Assembly (NCBI GenBank): GCA_018433015.1
Contig: JAHDSB010000017.1
Span: 456 to 64,455 of the forward strand
Direction: 5' to 3'
Length of the DNA stretch: 64,000 bases
DNA from: Clostridia bacterium
GTDB lineage: Bacteria; Bacillota; Peptococcia; DRI-13; SV3-B141
In this document: positions 1-9,462 of the stretch, in pieces
Layout: every line of letters starts with the position of its first letter
How positions within the stretch are numbered: the first letter of the stretch is position 1
Position numbers and translations under genes: made by a program
Notes under the pieces: generated by a model
The model's input: only the letters and a program-made list of their open reading frames with translations
Told to the model about the DNA's origin: nothing
Database searches by the model: none

Positions 1-683
1 TCTTTCACCCTACCCGTTAAGTAATAATCTATCATTGCTTTCATTTGCTTGCCGGCTACATGAGCGGCAACACTGACAACTCCATAGCCTCCTATGGCCA
101 AAACAGGAAGGGTTAGCAAATCTTCCCCTGTATACACCCTGAAGCCAGCCGGGGCCTCTTTTACAATTCTTGATATTTTATCAAATTCCCCTGTGGCTTC
201 TTTTAGACAAGAAATATTAGGGATTTCTGCTATTTGCAATAAAGTATCAGCATCCATATTCAAACCGGTTCTGCCTGGAACATTGTAAACCATCACGGGA
301 AGCTGGGCAGCCTCGGCTATAGCCTGATAATGGGCATAAAGCCCTTGTTTATTGGGTTTATTATAGTAAGGCACTACAGCCATTACACCATCTATTCCTG
401 TTTTTCTTACTTTCTCTGCTAAAACAGCAGATTTTTTTGTATTATTTGAACCCACATTAGCAATTACAGGTATTTGAACAGCTGATTTTACTGTGGCAAA
501 TAGCGCCAGTCTTTCTTCGTCTGTTAAAGTTGGACTCTCTCCGGTAGTTCCTGCCAAAACTAAAGCTGACGAACCTTCTTTTTCTAACTTTTTAGCCAAA
601 TTCGCTGCTTTTTCCAGATCAAGCCTGCCTTCATTGTCAAAAGGAGTCACCATAGCCGTAATTAAATGTCCCCAATCATTCAT
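1..683 (-). CDS. dapA: 4-hydroxy-tetrahydrodipicolinate synthase, first ~227 codons (3' end lies beyond window start)
   Basis: Absent from the ORF track because it runs off the edge. My minus-strand translation from the ATG at 683 reads MNDWGHLITAMVTPFDNEGRLDLEKAANLAKKLEKEGSSALVLAGTTGESPTL..., a DapA/NAL-family N-terminus including GTTGE. AGGAGGA lies at 690-696. Track ORFs 94..288 and 493..699 are antisense to it. Confidence 0.9.
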   Translation of the reverse strand, partial: MNDWGHLITAMVTPFDNEGRLDLEKAANLAKKLEKEGSSALVLAGTTGESPTLTDEERLALFATVKSAVQIPVIANVGSNNTKKSAVLAEKVRKTGIDGVMAVVPYYNKPNKQGLYAHYQAIAEAAQLPVMVYNVPGRTGLNMDADTLLQIAEIPNISCLKEATGEFDKISRIVKEAPAGFRVYTGEDLLTLPVLAIGGYGVVSVAAHVAGKQMKAMIDYYLTGRVK

Positions 684-1172
684 TAAGAATCCTCCTTAAA
701 ATCTATTTCCGCAATAACACAACTAAAACGGGGTGTACCGGTTGACGATAAATACTGGGTATGTTGGGCGTTACCTCTTTACACCAGCATACATAAATTT
801 TTCCTCTTTTCCCATACTAGTTTACTTCACCACCTGCAATTTAAACACAAATATTTTATTACTCATCACAAGGTGAGTAGCTTTATTTTAATTATATCTT
901 TTAGATTTTACAAGTCAATGAAAGCCGCTGCAATATTTGCAAAATTTTAATTTTTATAATTTTTCTCTATCAATATACCCTAACTTACTTAAAAAACAAG
1001 GGTTTTTAATATTACCTTAAGCCAACTGCGATAAGTATTGTCCCCTATTTACTGAGATAATATTTTTTTACTATAATTATTATATTATAACTATTATTAA
1101 ATTGCTAAAATAATAATTTTTATATAAATTGTAAATATTTTTATTCTAAATTCTGAAAATATATGTTATTTT

Positions 1173-1316
1173 ATCTATAGGCGGCTTCTCATTAGATGAT
1201 GAGCAGCTGCATATCTGCTGGAGGTGTAAGAAGGAAGCAAGAATACGATGTTGGATCAATCCTATAGATTCTCAAGTTAACCCCAAGGAGGTGATCTGGA
1301 GAGTTTCTTGGTTTTT
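1173..1316 (+). promoter_or_regulatory. Candidate cis-regulatory leader RNA (unclassified aptamer-like fold plus intrinsic terminator) upstream of the symporter
   Basis: A 9-bp closing helix, ATCTATAGG (1173-1181) with CCTATAGAT (1261-1269), encloses two local hairpins: CTCAT 1188-1192/ATGAG 1199-1203 and CAGC 1204-1207/GCTG 1217-1220. It is followed by the hairpin CCAAGGAG 1283-1290/TTTCTTGG 1304-1311 and TTTTT at 1312-1316. No + strand gene lies upstream that this terminator could serve. Confidence 0.35.
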
Positions 1317-1350
1317 CAGTTAATTTAAATAAATGGAAGGAGGTCCTTTA

Positions 1351-2799
1351 ATGTCCGTAGGTTCAGTTTTTTGGATCATCACCCTAATAATGTGTGGTAT
1401 CTTCCTCTGGATTTCTTGGAGAGTAAAAGACCAAGCTACTGCTTCTTTTTCTAACTATGCTATAGGCGGCGGTTCATTCCCTATTTATTTGATTTTATGT
1501 ACCCAGTTTGCTACCATTATGGGTGTTGGTAACTTTGTTGGCCACGCTGGCAAAGGTTATTCTTTAGGATTAGCTTGGATTCCCTTTATTTTAGGAGAAC
1601 AAGGCTCAAAAATACTATTTGCTCTGCTTTTTGCCGGAATAGCCGGAAAATTTACATATAATACTGTAGCTGAAATGGCAGATGACTTATTTGTACGTGA
1701 TAAAATAACACGGGCCTTGGCAGGAATTCTTGCCAGCTGTATCATGATTGCCTGGGTAGGTGGGCAAGGTAAAGCATTTGGTAATATCTTTAACGTTGCT
1801 ACAGGTGCTAGCCCAACTTTAGTTATTATCTTCTTCTCCTGCGTCTTTATCTTATATACAACCTTGGGCGGTATTTATTCTGTTGTTTGGACAGATCTAT
1901 TCCAAGGCGTTCTCGTCCTGATCTTCGGTACTACTTTTTATATTATGGCATTTCAACCCGTTAACTGGAGTATGGCAGAGTTGGGGGCAAAGTTAGCCGT
2001 TATCGGTCAGGCTGACCTTTTTAGTTGGGAAAAAGTTGATGCTTTAGGAGCACTAAATAAGTTTATCACCGGTACGGTAGGCGTGCTTTCTGCTCAAATA
2101 TACTGGCAACGCTGTTTTTCTGCTAAGAATGGAAAAACGGCCCGCAATGGTTTATTATTCAGCGGTATTCTTGCCGTCATCATGGTTGTTCTCACTGCTT
2201 TAGTAGGCTTAGTCATCTTAACTATGAAACAAGGTTTAAATCCCGACGACGCTATGCCCTGGATGATGTTAAATTACATGCCTATCTGGCTTTCTGCTAT
2301 GGTATTTTCTCTAATTCTTGCTGCCGGAATGTCTTCTGCTGATTCTAACTTAAACTCAGCAGCCATACTAATAACTAATGATTTAATCAGACCGTTTCGC
2401 CCCGATTTAACAGATAAGGATTTAGTTAAAGCAGCTACTTGGTTAACAGTAATTATTGGTATATTCTCCTGTGTTGCGGCCCTTAAAGCTGCTTCCATTC
2501 TAAGTTTATTTTCCAGAGCATATGCTATGGCCGGCGGTGGTCTCGTTCCCTTATTACTAGTTGGTTTCTTGTGGAAAGAGAATAAAAATGAGGCTTTTAA
2601 AATGGGAGTTAAAAATAGTAAGATAACTCCTTGGGGAGCTAGAGTTGGTTTAGTGGCCGGTGCAGTAATGACACAATTGTCTGTTTTAGGTCCTAATCGC
2701 GTAATAATTGCTCTTATCACCGCAGTTTTACTTATTATAATTATATCTTCTTTTACCCGTGGTGCTTCTTCCTCTACACCTCAGGTTATTAATAAGTAA
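1351..2799 (+). CDS. Sodium:solute symporter (SSF) family transporter
   Basis: Track ORF 1333..2799. The protein is polytopic and hydrophobic throughout, with an SSF-like layout. I prefer the ATG at 1351 (MSVGSVFW...) because GGAGG at 1338-1343 precedes it. Confidence 0.8.
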   Translation: MSVGSVFWIITLIMCGIFLWISWRVKDQATASFSNYAIGGGSFPIYLILCTQFATIMGVGNFVGHAGKGYSLGLAWIPFILGEQGSKILFALLFAGIAGKFTYNTVAEMADDLFVRDKITRALAGILASCIMIAWVGGQGKAFGNIFNVATGASPTLVIIFFSCVFILYTTLGGIYSVVWTDLFQGVLVLIFGTTFYIMAFQPVNWSMAELGAKLAVIGQADLFSWEKVDALGALNKFITGTVGVLSAQIYWQRCFSAKNGKTARNGLLFSGILAVIMVVLTALVGLVILTMKQGLNPDDAMPWMMLNYMPIWLSAMVFSLILAAGMSSADSNLNSAAILITNDLIRPFRPDLTDKDLVKAATWLTVIIGIFSCVAALKAASILSLFSRAYAMAGGGLVPLLLVGFLWKENKNEAFKMGVKNSKITPWGARVGLVAGAVMTQLSVLGPNRVIIALITAVLLIIIISSFTRGASSSTPQVINK

Positions 2800-2840
2800 T
2801 TATTAATGTTTCCCCTAAAAGCATTTGTTCGGAGGTCTAC

Positions 2841-3569
2841 ATGTTAAAAGAATTAGATAAAAAAGAATTACTCATTCTGGAAATGATTAATGAAGCGTCG
2901 CAACCCATAGGTTCCTGGAATATTGCTAATAGATTGGCTGAAGATCAAATTGAAACAAGTTCTGCTACAATTGGACGCATCCTTAATAAATTGGAAAATA
3001 TGGGTTATCTGAAAAAAGAAAAGTTTCGTGGCAGAGTTATAACTGATGAAGGACAACATGCCATTCTGTTAAACAAACAACTTAAAAATATGACTAATCA
3101 TCAAAATAAGCTTCTTAAATATATTGATCCCAGAATACTGGAAGATTTCCTAGTTGTCTTGGAAGCACGCCGAACAGTGGAAAGGGGTACAGCTCGTCTT
3201 GCGGCATTACGAGCTACTAAAGAAGAAATTACTCATATGGATAGAATATTAACAATCCAGGAGGTAAAGCATAAAGAACAACAATGGATAACAGACGATG
3301 ACCTGGATTTCCACAAAACTATTGCTAAAGCTTCGGGTAACGGTATCTTAGAAGTGATGTATAATCAATTATCAATCTTTGGGCAGCAATCAAGGGCCTT
3401 TGAACTTTTGCGTAAAACTATTAATGCTGAATACATGGTGTCTCATCGTCGCATCTATGACGCCATCTGCATGAAAGACCCTGAAGAAGCTGAAAAAGCT
3501 ATGCTAGCCCACATAGATAGTCTGATGGCTGATGTTGATAAATACTGGGAAAAATATTTTAAAAAATAA
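2841..3569 (+). CDS. Transcriptional regulator with an N-terminal winged helix and a C-terminal FCD (FadR C-terminal) domain
   Basis: Track ORF. The C-terminal half carries the FCD-like DLDFHKTIAKASGNGILEVMYNQL motif. The N-terminus (IGSWNIANRLAEDQIETSSATIGRILNKLENMGYL) is wHTH-like but not the classic GntR signature. RBS GGAGG is present. Confidence 0.7.
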   Translation: MLKELDKKELLILEMINEASQPIGSWNIANRLAEDQIETSSATIGRILNKLENMGYLKKEKFRGRVITDEGQHAILLNKQLKNMTNHQNKLLKYIDPRILEDFLVVLEARRTVERGTARLAALRATKEEITHMDRILTIQEVKHKEQQWITDDDLDFHKTIAKASGNGILEVMYNQLSIFGQQSRAFELLRKTINAEYMVSHRRIYDAICMKDPEEAEKAMLAHIDSLMADVDKYWEKYFKK

Positions 3570-3594
3570 AAGATAAAATCTTATATAATAAGAT

Positions 3595-3620
3595 AACCCG
3601 AGGCTTTTGTCTCGGGTTTG
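3595..3620 (+). terminator. Rho-independent terminator after the regulator gene
   Basis: AACCCGAG / CTCGGGTT stem followed by a T-rich tail. Confidence 0.7.
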
Positions 3621-3746
3621 CTAATTCTTCTAAATTTAATGAATAGATAATCTATGGACAGTTAGGTTTACCTTCTGTTTCTTTTTTTATACAATAGTTG
3701 TATTATAAGCTGTAATGACTAAAAACTGGCCAAGGAGGCCCGCTTA

Positions 3747-5777
3747 ATGAAGATAAAATTATTTAAAAATCTAGCAGTCCTTTGTCTCACTGTTTCACTG
3801 CTTTTACAAAATGTTGTACTCCTCACCCCCGCTTATGCTGCAAAAGATAGACCTCAGGAAAATCTCATTCCTCAACCCCAACCCACTAAAGCAACTAGCA
3901 TCCAGTTGATAAAAAAATCTATGAAAATAAATTGGTTGGAAGACAAAGCGGAGATAACGGTACTATATGAACTATTTAATCCCCATAAGTATAACAAACT
4001 TCTTCCCATGCAGATTTCCCTGCCTTTAGATGAAGAAAAAAAAGAAACAGACAAGGAAAACACGGAAAATAGTGATTTTGCAAAGCCTGATCCACCTTTA
4101 ACTATATTTGTCCAAGATGAAGAAATACCAACAAATTATAGTAGCAGACAAACAAAATATTCCTGGAATATAACCTTTAAACCGGAAGAAAAGAAAGAAG
4201 TTACCATTCATTATAGTATTAAGCTCAAAGGCAACAAGGAACTTCCTCTTACAATTAACGTCAATAATCAAGGACCTACTAAGTGGAATGAAGAACTAGG
4301 ACAATCCTCGCTAACCCTCTACTTTAAAGAAATTCATCCAGGTCTCATCGTGGATATAATGCCTAAAACTTATGAGCTCAAAAATAATTCCCTCATCTGG
4401 CATTGGAATAGTGTGAGCAGTATCGACAATATTTCTGTAAAAGCTAATCTGTACCAGGAACAAGAGATGTGGCAAAGTCTTTTACCCGAACAAGCAAAAC
4501 ATTCCTTGCTGGAATTAGATGAAACCAACAACTACTCAGCTTGTGCAGATTTATTAAAAAAATACGCTCAAGATGTTTCTAAAGAGGAAAAATATGTACT
4601 GATGCTGGGGCAAGCCTACTATTTTAAAAAAACCGGGGAGCTAGACGAAGCCAAAGATTTATGGGAGTATCTCTACAAAAAAGATGTATTATTTCCCCGT
4701 GTTTATTGGGAGTTAGGAAATTATTATTTCAATAAACCCAGTAAAATTGAATCCTATTATGAGCACGTAAAAGAATTACAAGTACATCCTCTGCTGCAAA
4801 AATGGTTGGCTCAGCAAATACCTAATGAAAACGCTGAAGAATCTCCACCGGAAATAAGGGAGACCTCTACCCTGGTAAATAAAACCCTAGATGGGTTAGT
4901 TTTAAAAAGTAATATAGCTGATAAAGATGGTAATATAAAAAAAATAACCTTTAAGTATTGCTGGGAAGACGAACCTGTAGAAGAATATACTACTTTTGTA
5001 CAACCCTTCTTCTATGTTTATAAACCTCTACATTTTATTCCTACTTTTAAACCATATCAGCGTCTCTTTTATGAAATAATTGTGGAAGATTTTAGTGGCA
5101 ACACCACCACAACAGGTCAAAAAGAAGTCTTTTATCTAAATAAAGATATTCCTAGTGAAACCTTTATCCTTAAAGGAGCCAATCTTGTTCTGGGAGACTT
5201 TACTTCTAAAGAGCAAGAAAAAGTTTATAAATGGTTTAAAAGTTATTTAAAAATGGCTAAAGACGCTAAATTTATCCCAGTAGAAGGGCGTAACCCTTAT
5301 TTTATCTGTCTGGGTCAAGACCATAAGTTTATCAAGGAATATAAAGGTCCCTATTTTATTAAATACACTCCTGCTCCTTTTTCTCCCCAAGCAATGAAAC
5401 TCCAGGTACATCGCTACTTCCTTTCCTATTGGTTTGGTGGGGGTTGGGAACAACTTAATGTTGAAGATCTGGAACCCCTAGGTGATGCTCTTCTTTTAGG
5501 CAAAGGATCTGTAGTTCTCACCCTGAAATATCTAAAGGATGAAAATCCCCATAAGTTCCTCGAGCTGCTATCTACTATAGGACAAGGCAATACGTGGGAA
5601 CAAGCCTTAAGCAAAACTTTTTTCCTTACCCCTAAAGAAGCTCGCTTAAAAGGTATTTGGCATGCCTATGGAAATAATGTTTTAGCTGTATTTATTATTG
5701 TCTTTTGTGCCTGGTTAGGAAAAACCGGATATTTGATAAAATTCTTGAATTTTGTGCGCTCCAAATCTACTGTTTAA
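3747..5777 (+). CDS. Secreted, C-terminally membrane-anchored protein of unknown function (676 aa)
   Basis: Track ORF with a strong RBS (AAGGAGG). N-terminal signal peptide ...LLTPAYA/AKD. TPR-like segment (GQAYYFKKTGELDEAKDLWEYLY). C-terminal TM helix (NVLAVFIIVFCAWLG). I recognise no family. Confidence 0.6.
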   Translation: MKIKLFKNLAVLCLTVSLLLQNVVLLTPAYAAKDRPQENLIPQPQPTKATSIQLIKKSMKINWLEDKAEITVLYELFNPHKYNKLLPMQISLPLDEEKKETDKENTENSDFAKPDPPLTIFVQDEEIPTNYSSRQTKYSWNITFKPEEKKEVTIHYSIKLKGNKELPLTINVNNQGPTKWNEELGQSSLTLYFKEIHPGLIVDIMPKTYELKNNSLIWHWNSVSSIDNISVKANLYQEQEMWQSLLPEQAKHSLLELDETNNYSACADLLKKYAQDVSKEEKYVLMLGQAYYFKKTGELDEAKDLWEYLYKKDVLFPRVYWELGNYYFNKPSKIESYYEHVKELQVHPLLQKWLAQQIPNENAEESPPEIRETSTLVNKTLDGLVLKSNIADKDGNIKKITFKYCWEDEPVEEYTTFVQPFFYVYKPLHFIPTFKPYQRLFYEIIVEDFSGNTTTTGQKEVFYLNKDIPSETFILKGANLVLGDFTSKEQEKVYKWFKSYLKMAKDAKFIPVEGRNPYFICLGQDHKFIKEYKGPYFIKYTPAPFSPQAMKLQVHRYFLSYWFGGGWEQLNVEDLEPLGDALLLGKGSVVLTLKYLKDENPHKFLELLSTIGQGNTWEQALSKTFFLTPKEARLKGIWHAYGNNVLAVFIIVFCAWLGKTGYLIKFLNFVRSKSTV

Positions 5778-6280
5778 TAGTTTTTGAAACGCTCTAAAGC
5801 TGCCTTTAATACTAAGATCCAAATGGTAGTATAAAGCAAAGAACACACAAAGACAGCAGGAATTATTAAGAACTGTTGAACTCCACTGAGCCAAGGTAAT
5901 ACAGGTATTCCTAAAATTTCTCCTGCCAATAATACTCCTAAGGCCATTACCAGAGTTGCACTACAAAGCACTCTACCAAAAGAATAGTTTTCTTTTAATA
6001 AAATACCTAAACACAATCCAAGAAACCCTGAACTACAAAGAAAAATAATAGCTTGGGGGACGTTCCAGCATAATATGATAATTCCGCTGCTGATATAAGT
6101 TAATAAACCTACGACCCTCTGCCTGTAGCTGGCCAATGCTACGGGCAGAGTACTTAATGCACTTAGGGAAGTTCCTATCACGGGTAGATATAAAGGCATA
6201 ATCTGTAATACTACAGCAATAGCAGCTAATAGTGCTCCTAAGGTAATATTCTGGGATTTTCTCCAATCATCGTCAGGCAT
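5774..6280 (-). CDS. Small polytopic membrane protein, unknown function
   Basis: Track ORF 5774..6289 starts at a GTG. I prefer the ATG at 6280 (MPDDDWRK...), which lies 5 nt after AGGTGA. About 5 predicted TM helices. The stop codon overlaps the stop of the convergent gene 3747..5777. Confidence 0.55.
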   Translation of the reverse strand: MPDDDWRKSQNITLGALLAAIAVVLQIMPLYLPVIGTSLSALSTLPVALASYRQRVVGLLTYISSGIIILCWNVPQAIIFLCSSGFLGLCLGILLKENYSFGRVLCSATLVMALGVLLAGEILGIPVLPWLSGVQQFLIIPAVFVCSLLYTTIWILVLKAALERFKNY

Positions 6281-6441
6281 GTTTTTCACCTTTCCTCTTT
6301 TTAATATTTATATGCACTAAAGGAAAAAATGTGATCTTTTGCTGTAAAAAATTACAGCTAAAAATCTTAGTATTTCGGCAGGATTCCCGCCATTCTTGTC
6401 GAACAAGAAATAAAAGAATAAGGAGGAAGAGAGGAAAGAAG

Positions 6442-7587
6442 ATGGTTAAATGGAACAAGTTATATAAAGGTATAGCTGTTACTATAACTTTAGGACTGAC
6501 TATGAGCTTATTTTCTGTAGCTAAAGCTTCTGAATATGATCTCGAGAAACAGTTAGAACTTTTAGATAAAGAAATTCAGCAAAAAGAGTCGATTTTGACG
6601 CAAAAGAAAAAACAAGAAAACAGCGCTCTGCTGGAATTGCGTAAAATAAATAAAACCCTTGATAATACATCCTCAAAACTTAAATATACGGAACAAAAAC
6701 TTTCAAATACTGAAAAAGATCTGAAAATCTTACAACAAGAAATAAAAGAATCTGAAGAAAATTTAGATGGTTCACGCGATGTTTTATCAGGACGCTTGAG
6801 ATCTATTTACGAACAAGGTGATGTTCATATTTTGGAAGTTTTACTTGACTCTTCTAGCATTACCGATTTTTTAACACGCTGGGATTTATTAAAGAAACTT
6901 GCTGAAAACGATATGTCTATAATCGACAGCTATAACAAAGAATTACAAACTTTTCAGGATAAACAAAATCTCGCCCTAACTAAGAAGAACACCTTGCTGA
7001 AACTTAAGCAAGACCAAGATAATGCCAAGCGTGAATTAGCAGTAGCTAGCTCACGACAAAAAGAACTATACAAAAATATTCAATCTGAAAGATCTGTGGT
7101 AGAACAAGCTCTGGATGATTTAGAAGAACAATCTCGCTTGGTAGCTCAAGAGATTCGTCGCCTAACAGGCGGTGACAATTCTGCATATCTAGGAAGCGGC
7201 AAGTTCGCCTGGCCCACACCGGGTAATACACGCATTACATCTTCGTACGGTTGGCGGATACATCCTATTTTAAAAACACGCCGTATCCATACAGGTGTGG
7301 ATATAGCAGCCCCCCACGGATCAAATATAGTAGCTGCGGAAACTGGAAAAGTAATTTTTACGGGCTGGAAAAGTGCTTACGGTAATGTGGTCATGGTAAG
7401 CCACGGTGGTGATATAGTAACTTTTTATGCCCATTCTTCTAAAATACTTGTTAAAACAGGACAAACTGTTACAAAGGGACAACCCATCGCTCTAATCGGT
7501 ACTACCGGATGGAGTACCGGTCCCCATCTCCATTTTGAGGTAAGAAAGAACGGAGAACATACTAATCCCATACCTTATCTTAAATAA
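6442..7587 (+). CDS. M23 family metallopeptidase with an N-terminal coiled coil (EnvC/LytM-like murein hydrolase)
   Basis: Track ORF 6331..7587. The ATG at 6442 (MVKWNKLYKG...) follows AGGAGGAAGAGAGGA and starts a signal/TM segment. The C-terminus carries HTGVDIAAP...GPHLHFEV, the M23 zinc motifs. Confidence 0.85.
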   Translation: MVKWNKLYKGIAVTITLGLTMSLFSVAKASEYDLEKQLELLDKEIQQKESILTQKKKQENSALLELRKINKTLDNTSSKLKYTEQKLSNTEKDLKILQQEIKESEENLDGSRDVLSGRLRSIYEQGDVHILEVLLDSSSITDFLTRWDLLKKLAENDMSIIDSYNKELQTFQDKQNLALTKKNTLLKLKQDQDNAKRELAVASSRQKELYKNIQSERSVVEQALDDLEEQSRLVAQEIRRLTGGDNSAYLGSGKFAWPTPGNTRITSSYGWRIHPILKTRRIHTGVDIAAPHGSNIVAAETGKVIFTGWKSAYGNVVMVSHGGDIVTFYAHSSKILVKTGQTVTKGQPIALIGTTGWSTGPHLHFEVRKNGEHTNPIPYLK

Positions 7588-7621
7588 TCCTAAAATAGCT
7601 TAAGAACTAAATAAGCATTAT

Positions 7622-7648
7622 AAAGACCTTGTCATAGACAAGGTCTTT
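7622..7648 (+). terminator. Rho-independent terminator after the M23 peptidase gene
   Basis: AAAGACCTTGTC-ATA-GACAAGGTCTTT perfect 12-bp stem, then T-rich sequence. Confidence 0.8.
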
Positions 7649-7714
7649 TACAATTTTATCCATATTTTACTTGTATCTCCTCAATAAAGAGAGTATAATT
7701 ATCATGTAATTGCA

Positions 7715-7733
7715 AATGCAAATCATTTGCATT
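7715..7733. promoter_or_regulatory. Putative Zur/Fur-family operator upstream of znuA
   Basis: Perfect 9-1-9 palindrome AATGCAAAT-C-ATTTGCATT. It lies just downstream of a TATAAT (7694-7699) and 37 nt before the znuA start. A Fur-family regulator is encoded at the end of the same operon. Confidence 0.6.
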
Positions 7734-7769
7734 ACTTGATAACCATCTTAAAGGAGGACTATCTGATAG

Positions 7770-8678
7770 ATGCTCAATAAATATCACGTACTTATAAAAA
7801 AAGTAGGTTATTTTCTTCTTCTCTTCTTTATCTCTCTTTCCCTTACAAGTTGTGGCAAAACAGCTAGTACTGCTGATACCCAAGATTCCGACAAACTGAC
7901 TATTGCCGTTTCCATCGTTCCCCAAGCAACCTTTGTTAAAGCAGTTGCCGGTGATTTAGTAGCTACAACAGTAATGATTCCTCCCGGAAACAGCCCCGCT
8001 AATTACGCCCCTTCCCCTCAAGAATTGATTAAACTCAGCCAAGCTTCTTTATATTTTTCTATCGGGGTACCTACGGAACAAGCTAACATACTGCCCAAAC
8101 TTCCGGATATCAATAATAACATCAAAGTAATCGATTTAGCAGAAAAAACAGCAGAAGTATATCCGGAACGAGAATTTTCTCCAGGCGAAAGAGACCCTCA
8201 CATCTGGCTCTCACCTAAACGAGCTAAAATTATGGTTGATACAATTGCCCAATCTCTAAGTGAAATCGACCCCTCTAATCAGAATACTTATGAAGCTAAT
8301 GCAACAAATTATAAGAAACGCTTGGATGAATTAGATAAAAAAATTAAACTTGCTCTAACAAACTTACCCCAAAAGAGCTTTCTGGTATATCATCCCTCTT
8401 TTGGATATTTTGCCGATGATTATGGCTTAACAATGGTGGCTCTTGAAGCTGAAGGTAAAGAAGCTACTATAGGGGAAATACAGAAGGTTATAGATTTTGC
8501 TAAAAAAGAAAACATCAAGGTAATCTTCTATCAAGCAGAGATTGATAATCGACAATCTCGTACCATAGCTGAAGAAATAGGAGGTAAAACGGAAATGATT
8601 GCTCCCCTTGCTCCCAACTATATAGAAAATCTAGAAAAAACAGCACAGGTTTTTTCTCAAGTATTAAACCAAGAATAA
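7770..8678 (+). CDS. znuA: Metal (zinc-type) ABC transporter substrate-binding lipoprotein
   Basis: Track ORF. Lipobox LSLTSCG. ZnuA/TroA-like periplasmic binding protein layout (DPHIWLSP motif). Operon context with an ATPase, a permease and a Fur-family regulator. Confidence 0.8.
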   Translation: MLNKYHVLIKKVGYFLLLFFISLSLTSCGKTASTADTQDSDKLTIAVSIVPQATFVKAVAGDLVATTVMIPPGNSPANYAPSPQELIKLSQASLYFSIGVPTEQANILPKLPDINNNIKVIDLAEKTAEVYPEREFSPGERDPHIWLSPKRAKIMVDTIAQSLSEIDPSNQNTYEANATNYKKRLDELDKKIKLALTNLPQKSFLVYHPSFGYFADDYGLTMVALEAEGKEATIGEIQKVIDFAKKENIKVIFYQAEIDNRQSRTIAEEIGGKTEMIAPLAPNYIENLEKTAQVFSQVLNQE

Positions 8679-8691
8679 TTGAGGTAATAAA

Positions 8692-9462
8692 ATGAATGAG
8701 TGTATTGAAATCAAAAATCTTAACGTATATTATGATAATATTTGTGCCCTGGAGGATATTAATTTAACTATCTTCCAAGGAGATTTTCTGGGTATAATTG
8801 GTCCCAACGGCGGAGGAAAAAGCACTCTGCTAAAAACTATCTTGGGCTTAGTCCCCTCTTATTCGGGCACTGTTAAAGTCTTAGGCAAGCCTCCCCATAA
8901 GGCAGATAGTTCAATGGGTTATGTTCCCCAATTTTCCAAAGCCTATAATAAATTTCCTATTAACGTGCAAGAAGTGGTGCTAATGGGACGCCTTTGTCAC
9001 AAAAATAAAATATTTACAAAGTTCTCCCAGGAAGATCGGAAAATTACCGAGAGCATCATGGAAGATCTACATATCTCCCATTTACAAAAGCGACAAATCA
9101 GTCAACTATCAGGGGGCCAATTGCAACGAGTTATGATAGCTAGGGCTCTAGCAATCCGTCCTAGACTTCTCCTCTTAGATGAACCTACAGCAAGCTTAGA
9201 TACGGAATCTAAGGATCGGATATATTCCCTCTTGCATGAACTAAATAAAAGTATGACTATTATTTTAGTAACCCATGACTTAACGGCTATATCTTCTTAT
9301 GTAAAAAACATTGCCTGTTTAAATAAAAAGCTACATTATCATGGGGAGCCGGAGCTAAACAATACAGTGATAAAAAAAGTTTTTGGCTGTCCTGTAGACC
9401 TTTTAGCCCATGGCGTACCACATCGAGTGTTAGAAGAACATAAGGAGGTCAAGCATGCTTAA
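8692..9462 (+). CDS. znuC: Metal ABC transporter ATP-binding protein
   Basis: Walker A GPNGGGKST, signature LSGGQLQR, Walker B LLLLDEPTASLD. Confidence 0.85.
   Translation: MNECIEIKNLNVYYDNICALEDINLTIFQGDFLGIIGPNGGGKSTLLKTILGLVPSYSGTVKVLGKPPHKADSSMGYVPQFSKAYNKFPINVQEVVLMGRLCHKNKIFTKFSQEDRKITESIMEDLHISHLQKRQISQLSGGQLQRVMIARALAIRPRLLLLDEPTASLDTESKDRIYSLLHELNKSMTIILVTHDLTAISSYVKNIACLNKKLHYHGEPELNNTVIKKVFGCPVDLLAHGVPHRVLEEHKEVKHA

Noticed and set aside
94-699. Plus-strand ORFs 94..288 and 493..699.
   Set aside because: They are antisense to a clearly recognisable dapA reading frame on the minus strand. They have no RBS, and their composition is typical of shadow ORFs.
6331-6441. A 37-codon basic N-terminal extension of the M23 peptidase (MIFCCKKLQLK...).
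   Set aside because: A strong purine-rich RBS lies directly before the ATG at 6442, which begins a normal signal sequence. The extension overlaps the divergent promoter region.
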